Positions 48,263 to 61,633 of a DNA stretch of 64,000 bases are shown here, one piece after another. Each line of letters begins with the position of its first letter. The stretch's first letter is position 1. Origin of the DNA: Podarcis cretensis (lineage: Eukaryota); assembly GCA_951804945.1 (NCBI GenBank), contig OX638152.1:35588001-35652000 (forward strand). The letters run 5' to 3'. Position numbers and translations under genes: made by a program. The notes beneath the pieces were generated by a model. The model was given only the letters and a program-made list of their open reading frames with translations. It made no database searches and was not told the DNA's origin.

Positions 48263-50645
48263 CTGACAAGTTCAAGGTCTATAAAGGGGCATTTCTGCTC
48301 TCGACATTCCTTCTGCAGCAGGCACAGAGAGAAAATCCTGTTGACACCTGAGCTATAAACAGTCCCCATAGAAACACAAGTTTGTAGTTTTCTGGACTGA
48401 ACATTATCCTTGGCTGTTCAGCTAATGGCTGTCATCCAATGCATCTTTGCCCAAATTAGACTTATGTGCCAGTTACACCCATTCCTGAAAACTGCAGATT
48501 TGGCTGTGATGAGACGTTTTAGTTACATCCTGTCTGGATGTAACCACACACAATTGTTTTATTAAATAAAAACAAATCCGATCAGGCTGCTCAGCTGCTT
48601 CTGCATGGACACTTTTCTAAGAACCTAAACCCTAGGGTCCACACAGCATTGCTGTTTCACAGTTACTGGTCCCTTCCCCATTTACATATCAAACAATGGT
48701 TTAGCATGAACAGCATCACCTGCACAACTGTCTCAAGGTCTCTTTCTCTTCTGTGCTCTCCCACACACCTGGTCGAGCACTAAAGTGTACAGTGGTGAGC
48801 ATGGGAACCTCCTATGCTGTTCTGCTCACGGAATTGAAAAGGTACCATTTTTTATTGGACAAATGTGTATTGCAAGCATGGCCATTTTTGTGATGCTCCC
48901 ATTTCAGTAAGACTTAAAATTTGCAGGCAAATGTCCTTTTAAGTTATGGCCTTGATTAATCATTAATCATTTCCACAAACAACTGTCTCCTTGGATTCCT
49001 TGCTGCGTTATGTACGGTGATCTATTAAGGCCAAGTTTTTCCGCTCTGGGAATTTTCTCCTGGCCTTAGAGAATCTATAAAATGTTGATGGTCAAAAAAT
49101 GTTTAATTGGCACTTTTAAAAGTTATTTTGTAATACAAGAAATGAATGGTTAACTTGACGGGCACAGCTATAGTGATTTTAAGTTTCACTTTCTCTTGTG
49201 CAGATGATTTCTTTTCTTTACCAGTTTTTGTGGATATCTGCTTGTATCAATGGTGGTTTTGTGCTTTGTATGCATACAGGGCTAGGCACCTGGCTTTCAT
49301 TTATCCTCCCCCATCCATTGCAACCCCCTGATGGTTGGGAGACCCTCCAAAACAGTATGCGCAGAAGGCTGTAGCAGGGGCTAGGATTGGTAAAAATTGG
49401 ATGCTCCACCTTGCACAAGCGCAAGTACTTTCTGCTTCCAAAGCCACCACTGGATACAACCCAAAGCTACTCTTCCATTAAGAAGAGCCCTGCTGGATCA
49501 CACCAAGTCCTCATCTACTCCAGTATCCTATTGTCAGAGTGGCTAACCAGATGTTTATGGGTTCCTGATAAGCAGGGCATGAAAGCAACAATACTCTCCC
49601 CATTCATGCTAATGGGCTGCATTTGTGATATGAGCAGCATAGTTACGACACTTTCATAGGACCCACAGGCACGTAACTGCGCACAATATGACAGCCTTTG
49701 TTTTCTAGGTCTTAGTTGGTCATAGTTATTCCTTTTTAAACAAGAATGATTAGTGACTGCTGTATGTTTTTTGCCAGCCGCATTTATAGCTAGTGAAATG
49801 TGCAAAAAGCTCCGAGGACTGATGTGAACAAAAATCTGTTTATATTGTTTTCCTTTATTGAAGAAGTTTTGTGTGACAAAAACATCATACCTCTGCCCTA
49901 TTTGGCAGGTTGGGGCTGAAAGACAGGGACTGGCCTGTTGTCATCTGGGAACTTCCTTGCTAAGTATGGATTTAAACCCAGCAGTTCTCCGTGGGCAAAG
50001 CCCCACTGCTCTATCCACTACAACACTTTGGCTCAATGTGTGGCTTTAATTAATTCCTCTTTAGCAAACCAGCATATAGAGCTGGACTGATTATCAGCTA
50101 AGGTCTCACCAGGCATTCTGTTAATGCCTTAAGAGGGGTTTGTGGGTAGATGAGTGTGCTCCCCCTTCTTCACCATTTAAGCCACCCAGTTCATGGCGGG
50201 GGACCTACTGAAGTGTGTGGGGGGGATCCTCCTGTACTCACAGAGGCTTTCTGCACATGAGAACCACATCGGGGTTCTAAAATCAGAATCTGGGGGTGAG
50301 TGGAATAGTTATACTACTGTGCTTGTCCCTGTGGCTCCTCTCACATGATGACATGCTATTTGGCTGCCTGAAGAAGGCTTTGATTAAAAAACAACAGCAA
50401 CAACCCTGGCCAGAGAGACCCCCCACCACCACCTCATAACCAGCACATGCAATGCTGTTTGGATATTTTCAGGACACTCAATGAAATAATATCACTCAGT
50501 TCCTTTAGATAACAATGTCTGGTATTTATACAGAACTTTTTCTAGAAGCTACATGTGTTTCATATATATTATCTGAGTATTCCTCACAGCAACCTTGCTA
50601 TAGTGGCCAGGATCATTAACTCATGTCCATAGTACAGATGGCTTA

Positions 50646-51030
50646 GGTAAAGGTAAAGGTAAGGTAAAGGTCTCCTGGATGGTTAAGTCCAGTCAAATGT
50701 GACTATGGGGTTGCAGCGCTTGTCTCGCTTTCAGGTCAAGGGAGCCGGCGTTTGTCCAGACAGCTTTCCATGTCATGTGGCCAGCATGACTAAACGGCTT
50801 CTGGCACAATAGAACACCACGACAGAAGCCATAGCACATGGAAACGCCGTTTAACTTCCTGCCGCAGCGGTACCTATTTATCTGCTTGTGCTATTTATTT
50901 ATCTAGTTTCAAACTGCTAGGTTGGCAGGAGCTGGGACCGAGCAGCGGGAGCTCACCCCAGATTTGAACTGCCGACCTTCTGATCGGCAAGCCCAAGAAG
51001 CTCAGTGGTTTAGACCACAGCGCCACCCGT
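50646..51030 (-). mobile_element. Sauria SINE
   Basis: (aaaggt)n tail; body homologous to 4138-4498. Confidence 0.88.
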
Positions 51031-52036
51031 TTACCTTGATGGCAAAATGAAGTGTTAAGGCTGGGAAACTGGCCTTTGGCTAGGCACCAATGAATGAGTA
51101 CATGCTGTGATTTCAACTGGGGACTTCCAGCTCATGCTTCTAACTACTACAGTTCCATTCCTCTGCATGACTCAGTGGGAAGAACTACATGTTACATAGG
51201 GATGGGAAAAACAGCAAAATTCCAGTTTATGATTATATCCATAACTAATTTTTTGTAATTAACCACACAAGCATTCACACACAGCAGGAATATATTTGCT
51301 TATGTGCCATCCACAATGAAAAAAAAGCCAGTATTTGAGAATCCAGTGCATAACAACTTATTTGGTGCTAGCAGTGGCATTAGGAGAAAGACAGGAGGAC
51401 ATCCTGGAGAACTTTAAAATTTAGATGGTAGCTGAGATTTCTGCTAAAATAATCAGATAAAACAATCCTATTAGAGATCTGATGAAACACTGTAGGGCCA
51501 TATTATTTTGGCAAACTACTTGGAGATGGGTCTCCACCTTTTCAATCTAAGGTTGAGTCACCTACTCTGAATTGCCCAGCCCTGTAATCCCTCCCACTCA
51601 TCTCACATCATGTTAAGAACCTGATTTTAAAAATTCAGAAGTGCTTTGGAAACCTTGATAATGTCCACTAGGCCCAACTGTTGAAGAGGAAATAGGTTTT
51701 GTCCAAGGAGCAGGTGGCAGGGGGAACAACCTAGCTTCTCATCTCCTTAAACAGGAAAAAGAGAATTGGTTGATCCATTCCCAATGGGTGTTAAGGTTAC
51801 CAGACTAAAACATCAAAATGAAAGGGGGAAAGAGCATAAGGCTGGAATTATGATACTGATAGAATCACTTGGCTTGTATTCACAGATGTGCACTTTGGTC
51901 TTGGGAGTAGATCTCTATCCTCCCATTGTTTTGATCTGTACTTCCTCTGATGTGACTCTGTTTTTAAGCAGAGATTAATCACATTTTATGTGAGGGTTTG
52001 GTTGCAAGAGTTATGCGTATAAGCAAAAATCACGTA

Positions 52037-52043
52037 CAGTGGC

Positions 52044-52080
<37 letters not shown>

Positions 52081-52625
52081 TATTTATATCTCGCCCATCT
52101 GGCTAGGTTTCCCCAGCCACTCTGGGCAGCCACTCTGGTACCTTGGTTCTAAAACTTAATCCGTTCTGGAAGTCTGTTCCAAAACCAAAGTGTTCCAAAA
52201 CCAAGGTGCACTTTCCCATAGAAAGTAATACAAAATGGAACAATCCGTTCCAGACCTTTTAAAACGTCCTCTAAAACAGCAATTTAATATGAATTTTACT
52301 ATCCCATTGATCCATAAAATGAAAGCAGTAAACAATGTACTAGTCACACAATCAATCAATTAGTAGCTGAACTGGGTTCCACAGAGTCACAAAAAAGAGC
52401 CACAAAAACAAAAATGCAAAATAAATAGCAAAAACAGACAGACCTCACCTCAGCGTACCACTCGAAACGGAAGTGTGGCACTCTAATCGGAAGCGTGACA
52501 CTCAAAATGGAACGCGTTCAACTTCCGGAAAAAGTTTGCAAAGCGGTACACTTACTTCCGGATTTGCAGTGTTTGGGTTCCAAGTTGTTTGAGTACCAAG
52601 GTGTTTGAGAACCAAGGCACCACTG
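52037..52625. mobile_element. Tigger-like MITE whose left TIR is split by a short L2 3'-end insertion (~52043-52134)
   Basis: TA-cagtgg|(aat)n L2 tail|..taccttgg ... ccaaggcaccactg-TA. Confidence 0.7.
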
Positions 52626-55507
52626 TACTGTACAGCCAAAATGACACTTGAAGCCGCTCTGTGGCTAGCCAGCCCACCTTCTATAAGGCAGCTGATCAGA
52701 GGTAGGAGGAAGCTGAAAACCCAAAGTGGACCTCGCAAGAAGAGAGCTTTAAACCTCTCTGCCTTTCCTCTAGGCAAGTGCTGTGTGCTACTTCTGGGAG
52801 TGGTGGGGAAGTCAGATCGGCTCCCCCCCCCCCTCCACTGTGTACTGTCAGAACGTCATGCAATGGGACAAGAGGGGAGATTGTTCTGTCTGGCAAGCTT
52901 GCACTGACAGAACAATCAAATTACCAAGACACCGCATTCCATGATCCACATTTATATATACCTCAAAGTTAATGAGATTTAAAAGTTCTTTTAACTCTAC
53001 CTTGGAAATCATGGAACTTTAATATTCCTATCTTTGGCTGTGCTGTCTGTGTGTCTGCATGACCGGATGACCAGTACTATTTAATTAAGCTGGTGTTCCT
53101 TGTCAAAATGGGACAGCTGGAGGATTTCCTTCAGAAAGCTCTCATTTTAGCTTGAAAAAATTTCCATATAGAGGCCCATAGATCTGGAATGTCAATGACA
53201 ATACAATACCTAAAGTTTTGGTGTGTGTGTGGGGGGATTATCTGTTTAGTGCCATCAGTTTCAAAGCTCAAAAAGTTGTGCAATTAACTGACAAATCATG
53301 ATGCAGATTAAAACCTTTAGAGCATGACTGTTTAGTTTTCTCACACTTGGAAAACACTTTCACTTTTTAAAACTCCTCCATTTTGTGTTTCAAGTTTATG
53401 AATTCATGGAATGAAAGGAAAACAGAAAAAGAGCAATCTATTTGACACAGTAAGCTATGTGAACAGATACTATGTGCAATTTCAACTGATACTACTACTA
53501 CTACTGATACTGGTACTACTACTACTGCAGTACTGCTTTTTATCCAGAGTATCTCGTGATCTACTGGTCGATTGCGAGACCCCCATCTCCCCCCCCCCAA
53601 AAAAAAACCCTCAACAACTTTGGCTGATGGTCCCCCCCAAAAAGCTCAACGACTTTGGCTCATCCTCCCCCCTGCAAAAGCTCAACAAGAGAAGTTTGGC
53701 CTCAGTAGATTCGAATTGTGAAGTAAATGTTGAGCATACTGGTGGGTTTCAGCTGCGGGTGTTTAGGACTGCAGGGTGGAAGAGCCTGTTTCTGTGATAC
53801 GCTGGTCTTCATTTGGTAGCACTTCAGTGGTATTTGAGTACTACTTATAGTTCTGCTGAAGATGTCCATGCCACACAGAATTTCTGTAGGTAACTGTAGC
53901 AAGAAATGGAGCATTCATTTCAGGATATTCCCTCCTACTCAATTTTTTTAGATTTCATTTATATTTTTTTCTGTCCAGATGAAGAGTTTTACATTTTAGA
54001 GGGGTTTCTGCATGTGACTGTAGGCTATGCTAATTAGGTGATCACTTTAGGCTACCCTGGAGGAGGGACTGTCTTGCCTCTTCATTCCCTTCAAATAAAT
54101 TCTCAGCTGTAGGAGTCTGAGAGAGCAGTGCACAAGTAAAAGAAATCTTGGCTTGTGTAGACCTTATGAAGGAATGTTAAACAATTTTTGTTCCTGGAAA
54201 GGCTACTGAAGGCCTTTCTATGACAGCAGCACATCAGAATGCACAAAGTAGAATCACTTCTTCAGAAACACATCCATGTTTAAAAATCCCCACAGTGGAG
54301 TAAGACGATTCCATCTTGCTCTTTCTCTGGTTTCCAGAAGACCACCTATGCTGCAACAACAGCCTATGATCAGCAATAATGTTGTGAAATCCCACAAGTT
54401 CAGGATACAACACAAGCTCTGCTGTTGCTTTCAGAAACTCCAAAGGGGAACAAGCACATAAAAATCTTATTGTGTTTGTATTGGTTGCTGCTTGGGTAGA
54501 AATATCAGTACGTATAAGGATTGGTTTCCCAAGGTCTCGCAGCTCCTGTTACTAGAGAAACTTATGGAACACCACAGTTCTAGCAGAGGACCTAGAGTGA
54601 AGGACAAATTCAGAGATTCTTGGGTGCTTTTCATAAAGTACTCCAGCATCAATCCTGCTTTTGGTGCATGGGGAGACATAGAGCTGTAGATTTGGCAATG
54701 TTTTAACGTCTTGCAGCGGAAGTGCGAAATCAGAGAGGAAATTGAGTAATGTGGGTAATACTAGTACTCCAGTGTTTCTTAAAACTGTTGGTTTATTATC
54801 GTTGTAATGGAAAATAAACCACTTCTTTTAAAAAATGTAGTGAGCCAGCATAATGATGATTAAAAGTGCTAGAAGAGGGATCCCTCCCAGTGTTTAATGC
54901 GTCTGCCAGCCACTGATGGAAACAACAAACATACATGGGCCAACTCACAGAAGGATTCATCTAATAATATAGTAAGGCTCAGATACTGCATAAGGAGAGA
55001 GAGGACCAGGGCAATGCAAGGAATATTTGATGGTCCCAGGCACTCTATATTCCCCATATGGAAAAGGTGTTGCACACAGTATCCACTAGGTTGTCCCCTC
55101 CACAAATGTTCATGCAGTGGCAAAATTATTGCTTCAAAATTTAAACTGCATGAACATAGTTTTATTTTAGTTGCTAAAATGAATAATGCACAACTGTGAA
55201 GCAGGAAGATCTTGCTAACCTTTAGAATGCTGCCCAGAACTTTAGCAAACCAATGAAAATGTGCCTTCTTCAACAACCTTGAATAATATATATATGCAGT
55301 TTGTTTGTTTTTAACAAAATTTAGGAAAATACATGCCTGTATAAAAGGGATAATGTATCAGTTTTCAGCATTTTAAAATTTGGTGTACCTTTGGCAATTT
55401 ATATTTTATCAGTGAGGAACATTCATAACCCTCATTAGGTAGATCATGTACATCATGTTTCAATTTATTAGCTTAATAAATTGAACATTTATTTATAAGG
55501 TATAGTG

Positions 55508-55814
55508 CAGGGGTGTCAAACTCAAATTCATCGGGGGGCCGCATCAGCAGTTTGGTCACCCTCAAAGGGCCGGTTGTATCTGTAGGACTATGTAAAGTGG
55601 AGGTTTCCTGTGTAGAACGGCCAGCGCCGCTAGAGGGCAGACGTTCTCTGGCTTGTAGGCTGCTGCGCATGCGGTGAAGAGGCGGCTTTCTTGTGTAAAA
55701 AAAAAAAAAGCGAGAATAAAAGGTGAAGGCTGGCGGCCGGTGGCGGCTACACGGGCCACATGACGAGGTCTGGCGGGCCGGATTCGGCCCGCGGCCTTGT
55801 GTTTGACACCCGTG
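55508..55814. mobile_element. hAT-Charlie-type MITE, CpG-rich
   Basis: TIRs caggggtgtcaaac / gtttgacacccgtg; 8-bp TSD gtatagtg. Confidence 0.9.
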
Positions 55815-55903
55815 GTATAGTGTTTGGAAGCTTGTAATGGTGGAGGCTTTTTTTGTTACCTTCGCTAAAGGCGCAATCCTGTACCCTTTTAATTATGGCA
55901 TGT

Positions 55904-56041
55904 CAGGGATGGGGAGCCTGTGGCCCTCAAGACGTTCCTGGACTTCAACTCCCATCACCCATGACCTTTGTCCTTGATGTTTGGGATTGATGGGAGTTGT
56001 AGGCCAACAATATCTGGAGGCCACCAAGTTGGAGAAGCCTG
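55904..56041. mobile_element. older hAT MITE
   Basis: cagggatgggga..caactcccatca..tgatgggagttg palindromic body. Confidence 0.65.
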
Positions 56042-56415
56042 GTTTATGCCAGAATATATTTGGAAACAGGCTGATAACAGATAACCAAGCTAAGGGTTGA
56101 CAGTGAGAGCTGCGATGGAGTTTCATCATCTGAATGGGATTGCTTGGGTTAATAGTGCTAATTTATTATTATTATTATTATTATTAACAATAAATGCAGG
56201 TAGGAATTGCAGACAAGTGGAAGTAGTCACGCCTTCTATGAAGACAGATTAATTCCCAGCTCAGACCATACCAATGCAAATGGGATGGCTAATCTCATTG
56301 TCATCCATCTTGCGGAAATAAATTCCATAGTTCGAGGAGAGGTACATTCTTTGTCCTTAATTTCCCACTGTTCAGCTTCATAGGAACACTCCCAAAGGTT
56401 AGCACGGATCTACAG

Positions 56416-56550
56416 CAGTGGTGGCCAAACTTGGCCCTCCAGCTGTTTTGGGACTACAATTCCCATCATCCCTGACCGCTGGTCCTGTTAGCTAGGGATG
56501 ATGGGAGTTGTAGTCCAAAACAACTGGAGGGCCAAGTTTGGCCGCCACTG
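56416..56550. mobile_element. near-palindromic hAT MITE
   Basis: TIRs cagtggtggccaaacttggccctccag / ctggagggccaagtttggccgccactg; TSD atctacag/atctagag. Confidence 0.9.
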
Positions 56551-56619
56551 ATCTAGAGGGAGAAGCAACCATGCTTAATTTTCATACGTCTCGGTCATAT
56601 CCCTTGGTTTAGGAAAATG

Positions 56620-57200
56620 TTAATTGGAGCAACAGGGACACGGGCATCACCACCAACTTCATCGGACAGAGCTGCGCCCGCCCAGCCGCCTGGTCACGCA
56701 CAGGGCATATGTGAAGAGACCACCCTAGCTGCCGAGGTCTTCCCCCGTGGCCCATCTCCTCAGCGGGACACGGCGCCGATGAACCCGAAGCGGCGGCAAG
56801 CCGCCTCTCTCTGAGCGCCGGGGAAATTCTCCAAACCGTTCCCTTTCCATGCTCCCGCTGCAGCCGCCGCCAGGTGCCCAATGGCGCGCCACGGCGGGCC
56901 AGGCTGCTTCGGGTTGCTTGGAGGCAACTCCTGAGCCCACCCCTCCTGCCATGCAGTCAGGCGGCGAGTCACGAGAGAGCCGGGAGGGCTGTTGACAGAG
57001 GCCGGCGACCTACTTACTGGAAGTGCCGCTTGCAGAGACGCAGCCGCGCCCCGCCCCGCCTCGTCGCCGGGGCGTGGAGGCGCTATAAGAGCCGTGGCAG
57101 CCGCCTCCGCCTCCCGAGCCCTTTCCCGTCCCCGTCAGCGCACCGGCTGAGCTCAAGCAGCCGCCTGCCTCTTCTTCGCCATTCGCGCCACACCAGCCGT
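56620..57200 (+). promoter_or_regulatory. NFKBIZ: NFKBIZ proximal promoter / CpG island and 5' UTR
   Basis: kB-like GGGGAAATTCTCC 56820-56832, STAT-like TTACTGGAA 57014-57022, GC boxes ~57047-57060, TATAAGA 57084-57090. Confidence 0.85.
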
Positions 57201-57201
57201 C

Positions 57202-57451
57202 ATGATCGTGGACAGCAGCCGCGACGAGCTGCCGGACGGCGGCGGCGTCGACGGTTCCATCAGCAGCCCTTTTAACCTGGCCTTTTTTTATGGAGCTTCT
57301 CCCCACTCCAGCGAGGGGAGCTGCTCGCCCACGCACTCCTCGCCGGGGTCCCCGGGGTCCGACTCGGGCCATAGTAGCGGAGGCGGCGGAGGCGGCGGCG
57401 ACTTCGGCGCGAGGCGCTATTCCCGGCGCGGCGCGCGCTCAGCCGGGGAAG
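57202..57451 (+). CDS. NFKBIZ: NFKBIZ first coding exon (long-isoform N-terminus)
   Basis: ORF 57202; donor GAAG|GTATAC, phase 1. Confidence 0.9.
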
Positions 57452-57635
57452 GTATACAGATTTCATACATCCGTCGCGCGCGCAGCCCCAAAAACAAACC
57501 TTCGGGGCGGAGGGATATCTACGCCGCTTCTTCTACGAAGCGGTCTGAGGCGGCGGGGGGGGGGGGCGTTCAGAGGGTGGTGTCGCCGGCCCGTCGCGTT
57601 TAGTATTCCGCCGCTTTTCCTTTCTTTTTTATGTC

Positions 57636-57691
<56 letters not shown>

Positions 57692-60600
57692 TCTCCTTTG
57701 CGCCTTGGCAATCCCGCTCTGGGCGGTGAGAGCGCGCTCACGCTCCGCGGCACTTCGGTTGTTTGGCTAGGTTTTGGGCAAGGAGAGGATAAGGGGGCTG
57801 CTTGGAAAGGGTGAATCCGGATTAAATGACGAGCGAGAGAAAGTGTGTGTGTTTGTGTTTGTGCGTATTCGTATGCATATGCATGCATATCCCACCAGGT
57901 CCCAATAAAACAAAGACTGTTACAAAAACAAATAATACCATTCCACCCTCAAAGCCGTATAGAAGTTGATGCCAATTGCGTTGCGTGGCCGCTTTGGAAA
58001 ACTTGGAACAGTTGAGTTTCCAGCATTGCAGGGGGTTGGAATAGATGAGCATCGGGTTCCAGGGTCATTCCAACTATTCCAAAAACAAACTTTCGGGGCA
58101 CGAAACCCAGGATCATAGTCTCCTTCAGGGGGCTAGTTTCTGAGTTCCTTTCCCTGCCACCGTGTAGCTTTACTCAGCGCTGTTGAAAAAGATGGCTTCT
58201 TTGGTTAGGCACTAATTCGCCCTTCCGAACTGCATGGCTTCCTGTTTGTATGTTGCTGCAACATATGCCATAGCTGTCAACTTTCAGATTTGAAAATAAG
58301 GGATCAGCAGCCTCACCTGTCCTGGGGACAGTCTATGGGATATCTAACAATCCGGGATAGCAGTGGGAAGCAACGGGAAACAGCACTGGAATAAGGGAAT
58401 TTCCAACAAAAAAAGGGAAGGTTGACAGCTATGAACATATGCAGCTGCACAGCTCAAAGTACCTCATTCCGATTTGCAAGTTAGTGCAGAGTTGCTTGTT
58501 ATTGGTAGGCAAGGGGAGCGCTTTGCACGCGAGTGTGCACACAGACACTCAAACAAAGAGAAAGCACATCAGTGGCTGAAAAGGTGAAATACACACAAGT
58601 ATTTCAGTATGCCCAAGCATAACGTGGGAAGTGACCATTACTGTAAACCAGCCTAGGCTCCACCAAGTGCATTGAATGTATTCTGGGCTCCATAATGAAA
58701 AAGGTCTATGGATTTTTAGTACAGTATGGTAAACATATGTCCAAAGTCACCTTGAGTTTCCTATCTCAAGTTGCAATACACTTTGCACCTGCACATCCCC
58801 CAGTGCTGCTCTGTTGGTGAAAGGGTTTTATGAAGGTTGTGGAAGTTGCTTTGGGTGCTTATTGTGAGATCAGTCTCGCTCATACTTGAGTGCATGGGCA
58901 TCAAAATGCAACTCCCCCCCCCCATTGGTCTAGATTCACCCTTTGCATGGAATATCCCAATAAATGAAAGAAACTTGTTGCCGTCAACCCGTTTGCAATA
59001 TCTGAACGATGCAGTTGTAAAAGAAGCACTCTTTCCCTCTTTCCCCAAGTGCACAACACGGCAGGCTGCTGAAGTGCCAGCAGTTTGTATCCATTTCGTG
59101 AAGAAACTGAAAAAATGTAGTTAAGGTGTCTTATATCAGTTAGTTTGGAATTCACCAGTATTTTCAGGTATGAAATGTCCTTAAGCTTTTAGGTAGAATT
59201 AAGCAGCGTGTAAGCAGGATACTACAGTCATGCCAATTACTGTGGGTCTGAGGCGAGTTTATCCTACTGACCCTTTCTGGTGAGGTAGAATCTTCTGTCA
59301 ATTATTTCTCGTGTGTGTTTGTGTTCAGGAAGTGCAAATTTGCAAAATTCTGGCTTGTATTGACTTTTCATTATAGTTGTTTAAATCTCAATAGTATTTG
59401 CCGTATTGCTGAGGGAGAAATCAAATAATTTGTTAAGCACATTAGTGTGATTTGCAAATAAAGATCAATTAAAATTGCAGATACTGGAAAATAAAATAGA
59501 TCAGTGTGGTTCCCCTAATTTAATTGGAAAAGAAAATGGCTAAGTCTGGTAACTTTTCTGAAATGACTCATATTCAAGCTTTTGAATCGTTTGAATCTTC
59601 ATGAAAGTTGAAAGTTTTGTATTGATTTGCTAACACAATTCATTATGTAGAAAGATTTCACTTTTATTTTTTGTACAACATGTTGCGTGGAGTGAACAAG
59701 GACAAAGCTATCTATACCAAATATAAATAGGCAGAGAGGCACAATTTATTTAAACAATGTAATATTTTTTATTTCCAAATAGTGCTTCTTATAGCTGAAA
59801 TGGCTTTTGTTTCTTATGCACTGTTGCAGTTGAAATGGTATACAGTTAAGAACCTCAGTTGTCTTTTTATATAATTTCATGGTGTTTTTAGTGCTGAAGT
59901 TGCTTCCACAAATTTTCTTTCATTCAGGAATTATCTTAAAAGGTAGCATAACAATATCGGTTGTGTGTATCTTCATAATATTAAAATAGTGTGATGATTT
60001 TATTTCTCTGGCCAGTTTGATCTTTTTCCATAAGAAAACTATTGTTGTACTATATTTTTTAATTTACATTGGTTTGTATTTTCTACAAGTAATAATCTGA
60101 AGTAGTTTATTAATTGAAATATTTTGTTTTGTTTTTGATTGCTTTCACAATATTTTCTCAAGTAGACACCAGTTCTGTCTTGAAGGATACAATATAAGGC
60201 AATTTAATGAAGGACAATTAATTGCTTTCAATAGGCATACCTGTAAAGAGGAAATCATTTGCCCATAAAGTGGGTTGGGTTTTTTTTTCTAGACAGAAAT
60301 TCCAGTTCTCCAGCAATTGGTTTTTCTGATTATTTAAATGTAGTGTAAACCGCAGTGCTTCTATATATAAAGTTGGAAGGGTTTGTACTTTTTAAAATGA
60401 AGTCACAACTTCTCTCTTGGATAGCATTACAGTACATTGTTGTTTCCTCTTTTCACTTCTGTTTTTTCACCTTCAGAGTAGACTATGTTAAAAGGAATGA
60501 TGGCATAAGAGAATGAATGTAATATTTGCAATTCATCTCTTTTGGTTGCACATTTTCTTGGACAAGTGGATTCATTATGGAGGTGACAGGCACAAGTAAT

Positions 60601-61602
60601 TCTGAAAATTCTTTCACGTAAAGCCATGTTAATGCTAAAATATCCTTTATATGGGACTGGTGTGTCCCTGCTTCTAACCTTCCTTTCAAATTGGGCTGGG
60701 GGGAAGAGAGAGAAGTTTCTTTTGTGTTTGTGACAACAAAGTTGACAAAATATCTTTTGTACATACTTTTAAGGTTTTGTGTAATTAATTTAGGATTAGC
60801 TATGTTTGTTTCTTGGCTAAAATTACGTACAAATCCACCCTCTTTTAAAAACCTCAACATTCTGTTTAATTGTTATCAGTGTTTTTATTTTATTTCTCAT
60901 TGTTTGTGTCTCAACAGTTGAGCAACGTATGGGGGGAGGAAAGCAACAAAGAGGACCTTTTCAAGGTGTTCGTGTGAAAAATTCGGTGAAAGAGCTGTTG
61001 CTGCACCTCAGAAACAGCAAGCAGATGTCCTCAGACCATGGTGCAGATGAATTAAAGGTGCGGAACATTACTTTTCTTTTAAAATAATTTTATTCAGAAT
61101 CATAAATGGCACAGTCTCTCATCTTTTAAAATATCAGTAGCGTACAACTGTATACAGGGCATAATTAGCACATGGAATTAATTCCTGTTAGGTAGGGTAA
61201 TTCACGGCAGCTAGCTTGCCTGCCTTTGAAAATTTTTTTTGTTGCGCCTCAATTTGTCGGTGAATATAAGATTTGATAGCTAAAAATGGAATGTTCATAA
61301 TTTCAAAGAAGTATGGCAGATGCTGGAATCGTAAAACTAGCACTTTCTGCAGATGTATAGTCTGTTGGTGAGCAAACGTTCTGCTTGGTAGAGCTTTGGT
61401 CTGATCTAAAATGGCAATTCTTATTTTCATAATCAGTGATTCTGTGTTTTGTTTTCCCTGAGAACTTTACCCCTCCCCCTTCTGCATGGTTAAACTTTAA
61501 ATTTTATATCATTTGTTTTAGTCCTTTAAAATTGTAAATCAGCCTTGGCAGAAAGTCAGCATATAAATGCTGCTGCTGCTTCTTCTTCTTCTTCTTCTTC
61601 TT

Positions 61603-61633
<31 letters not shown>

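Noticed and set aside
53840-53900. ctgaagatg.. hammerhead-like start
   Set aside because: No stem II partner or GAAA/NUH downstream
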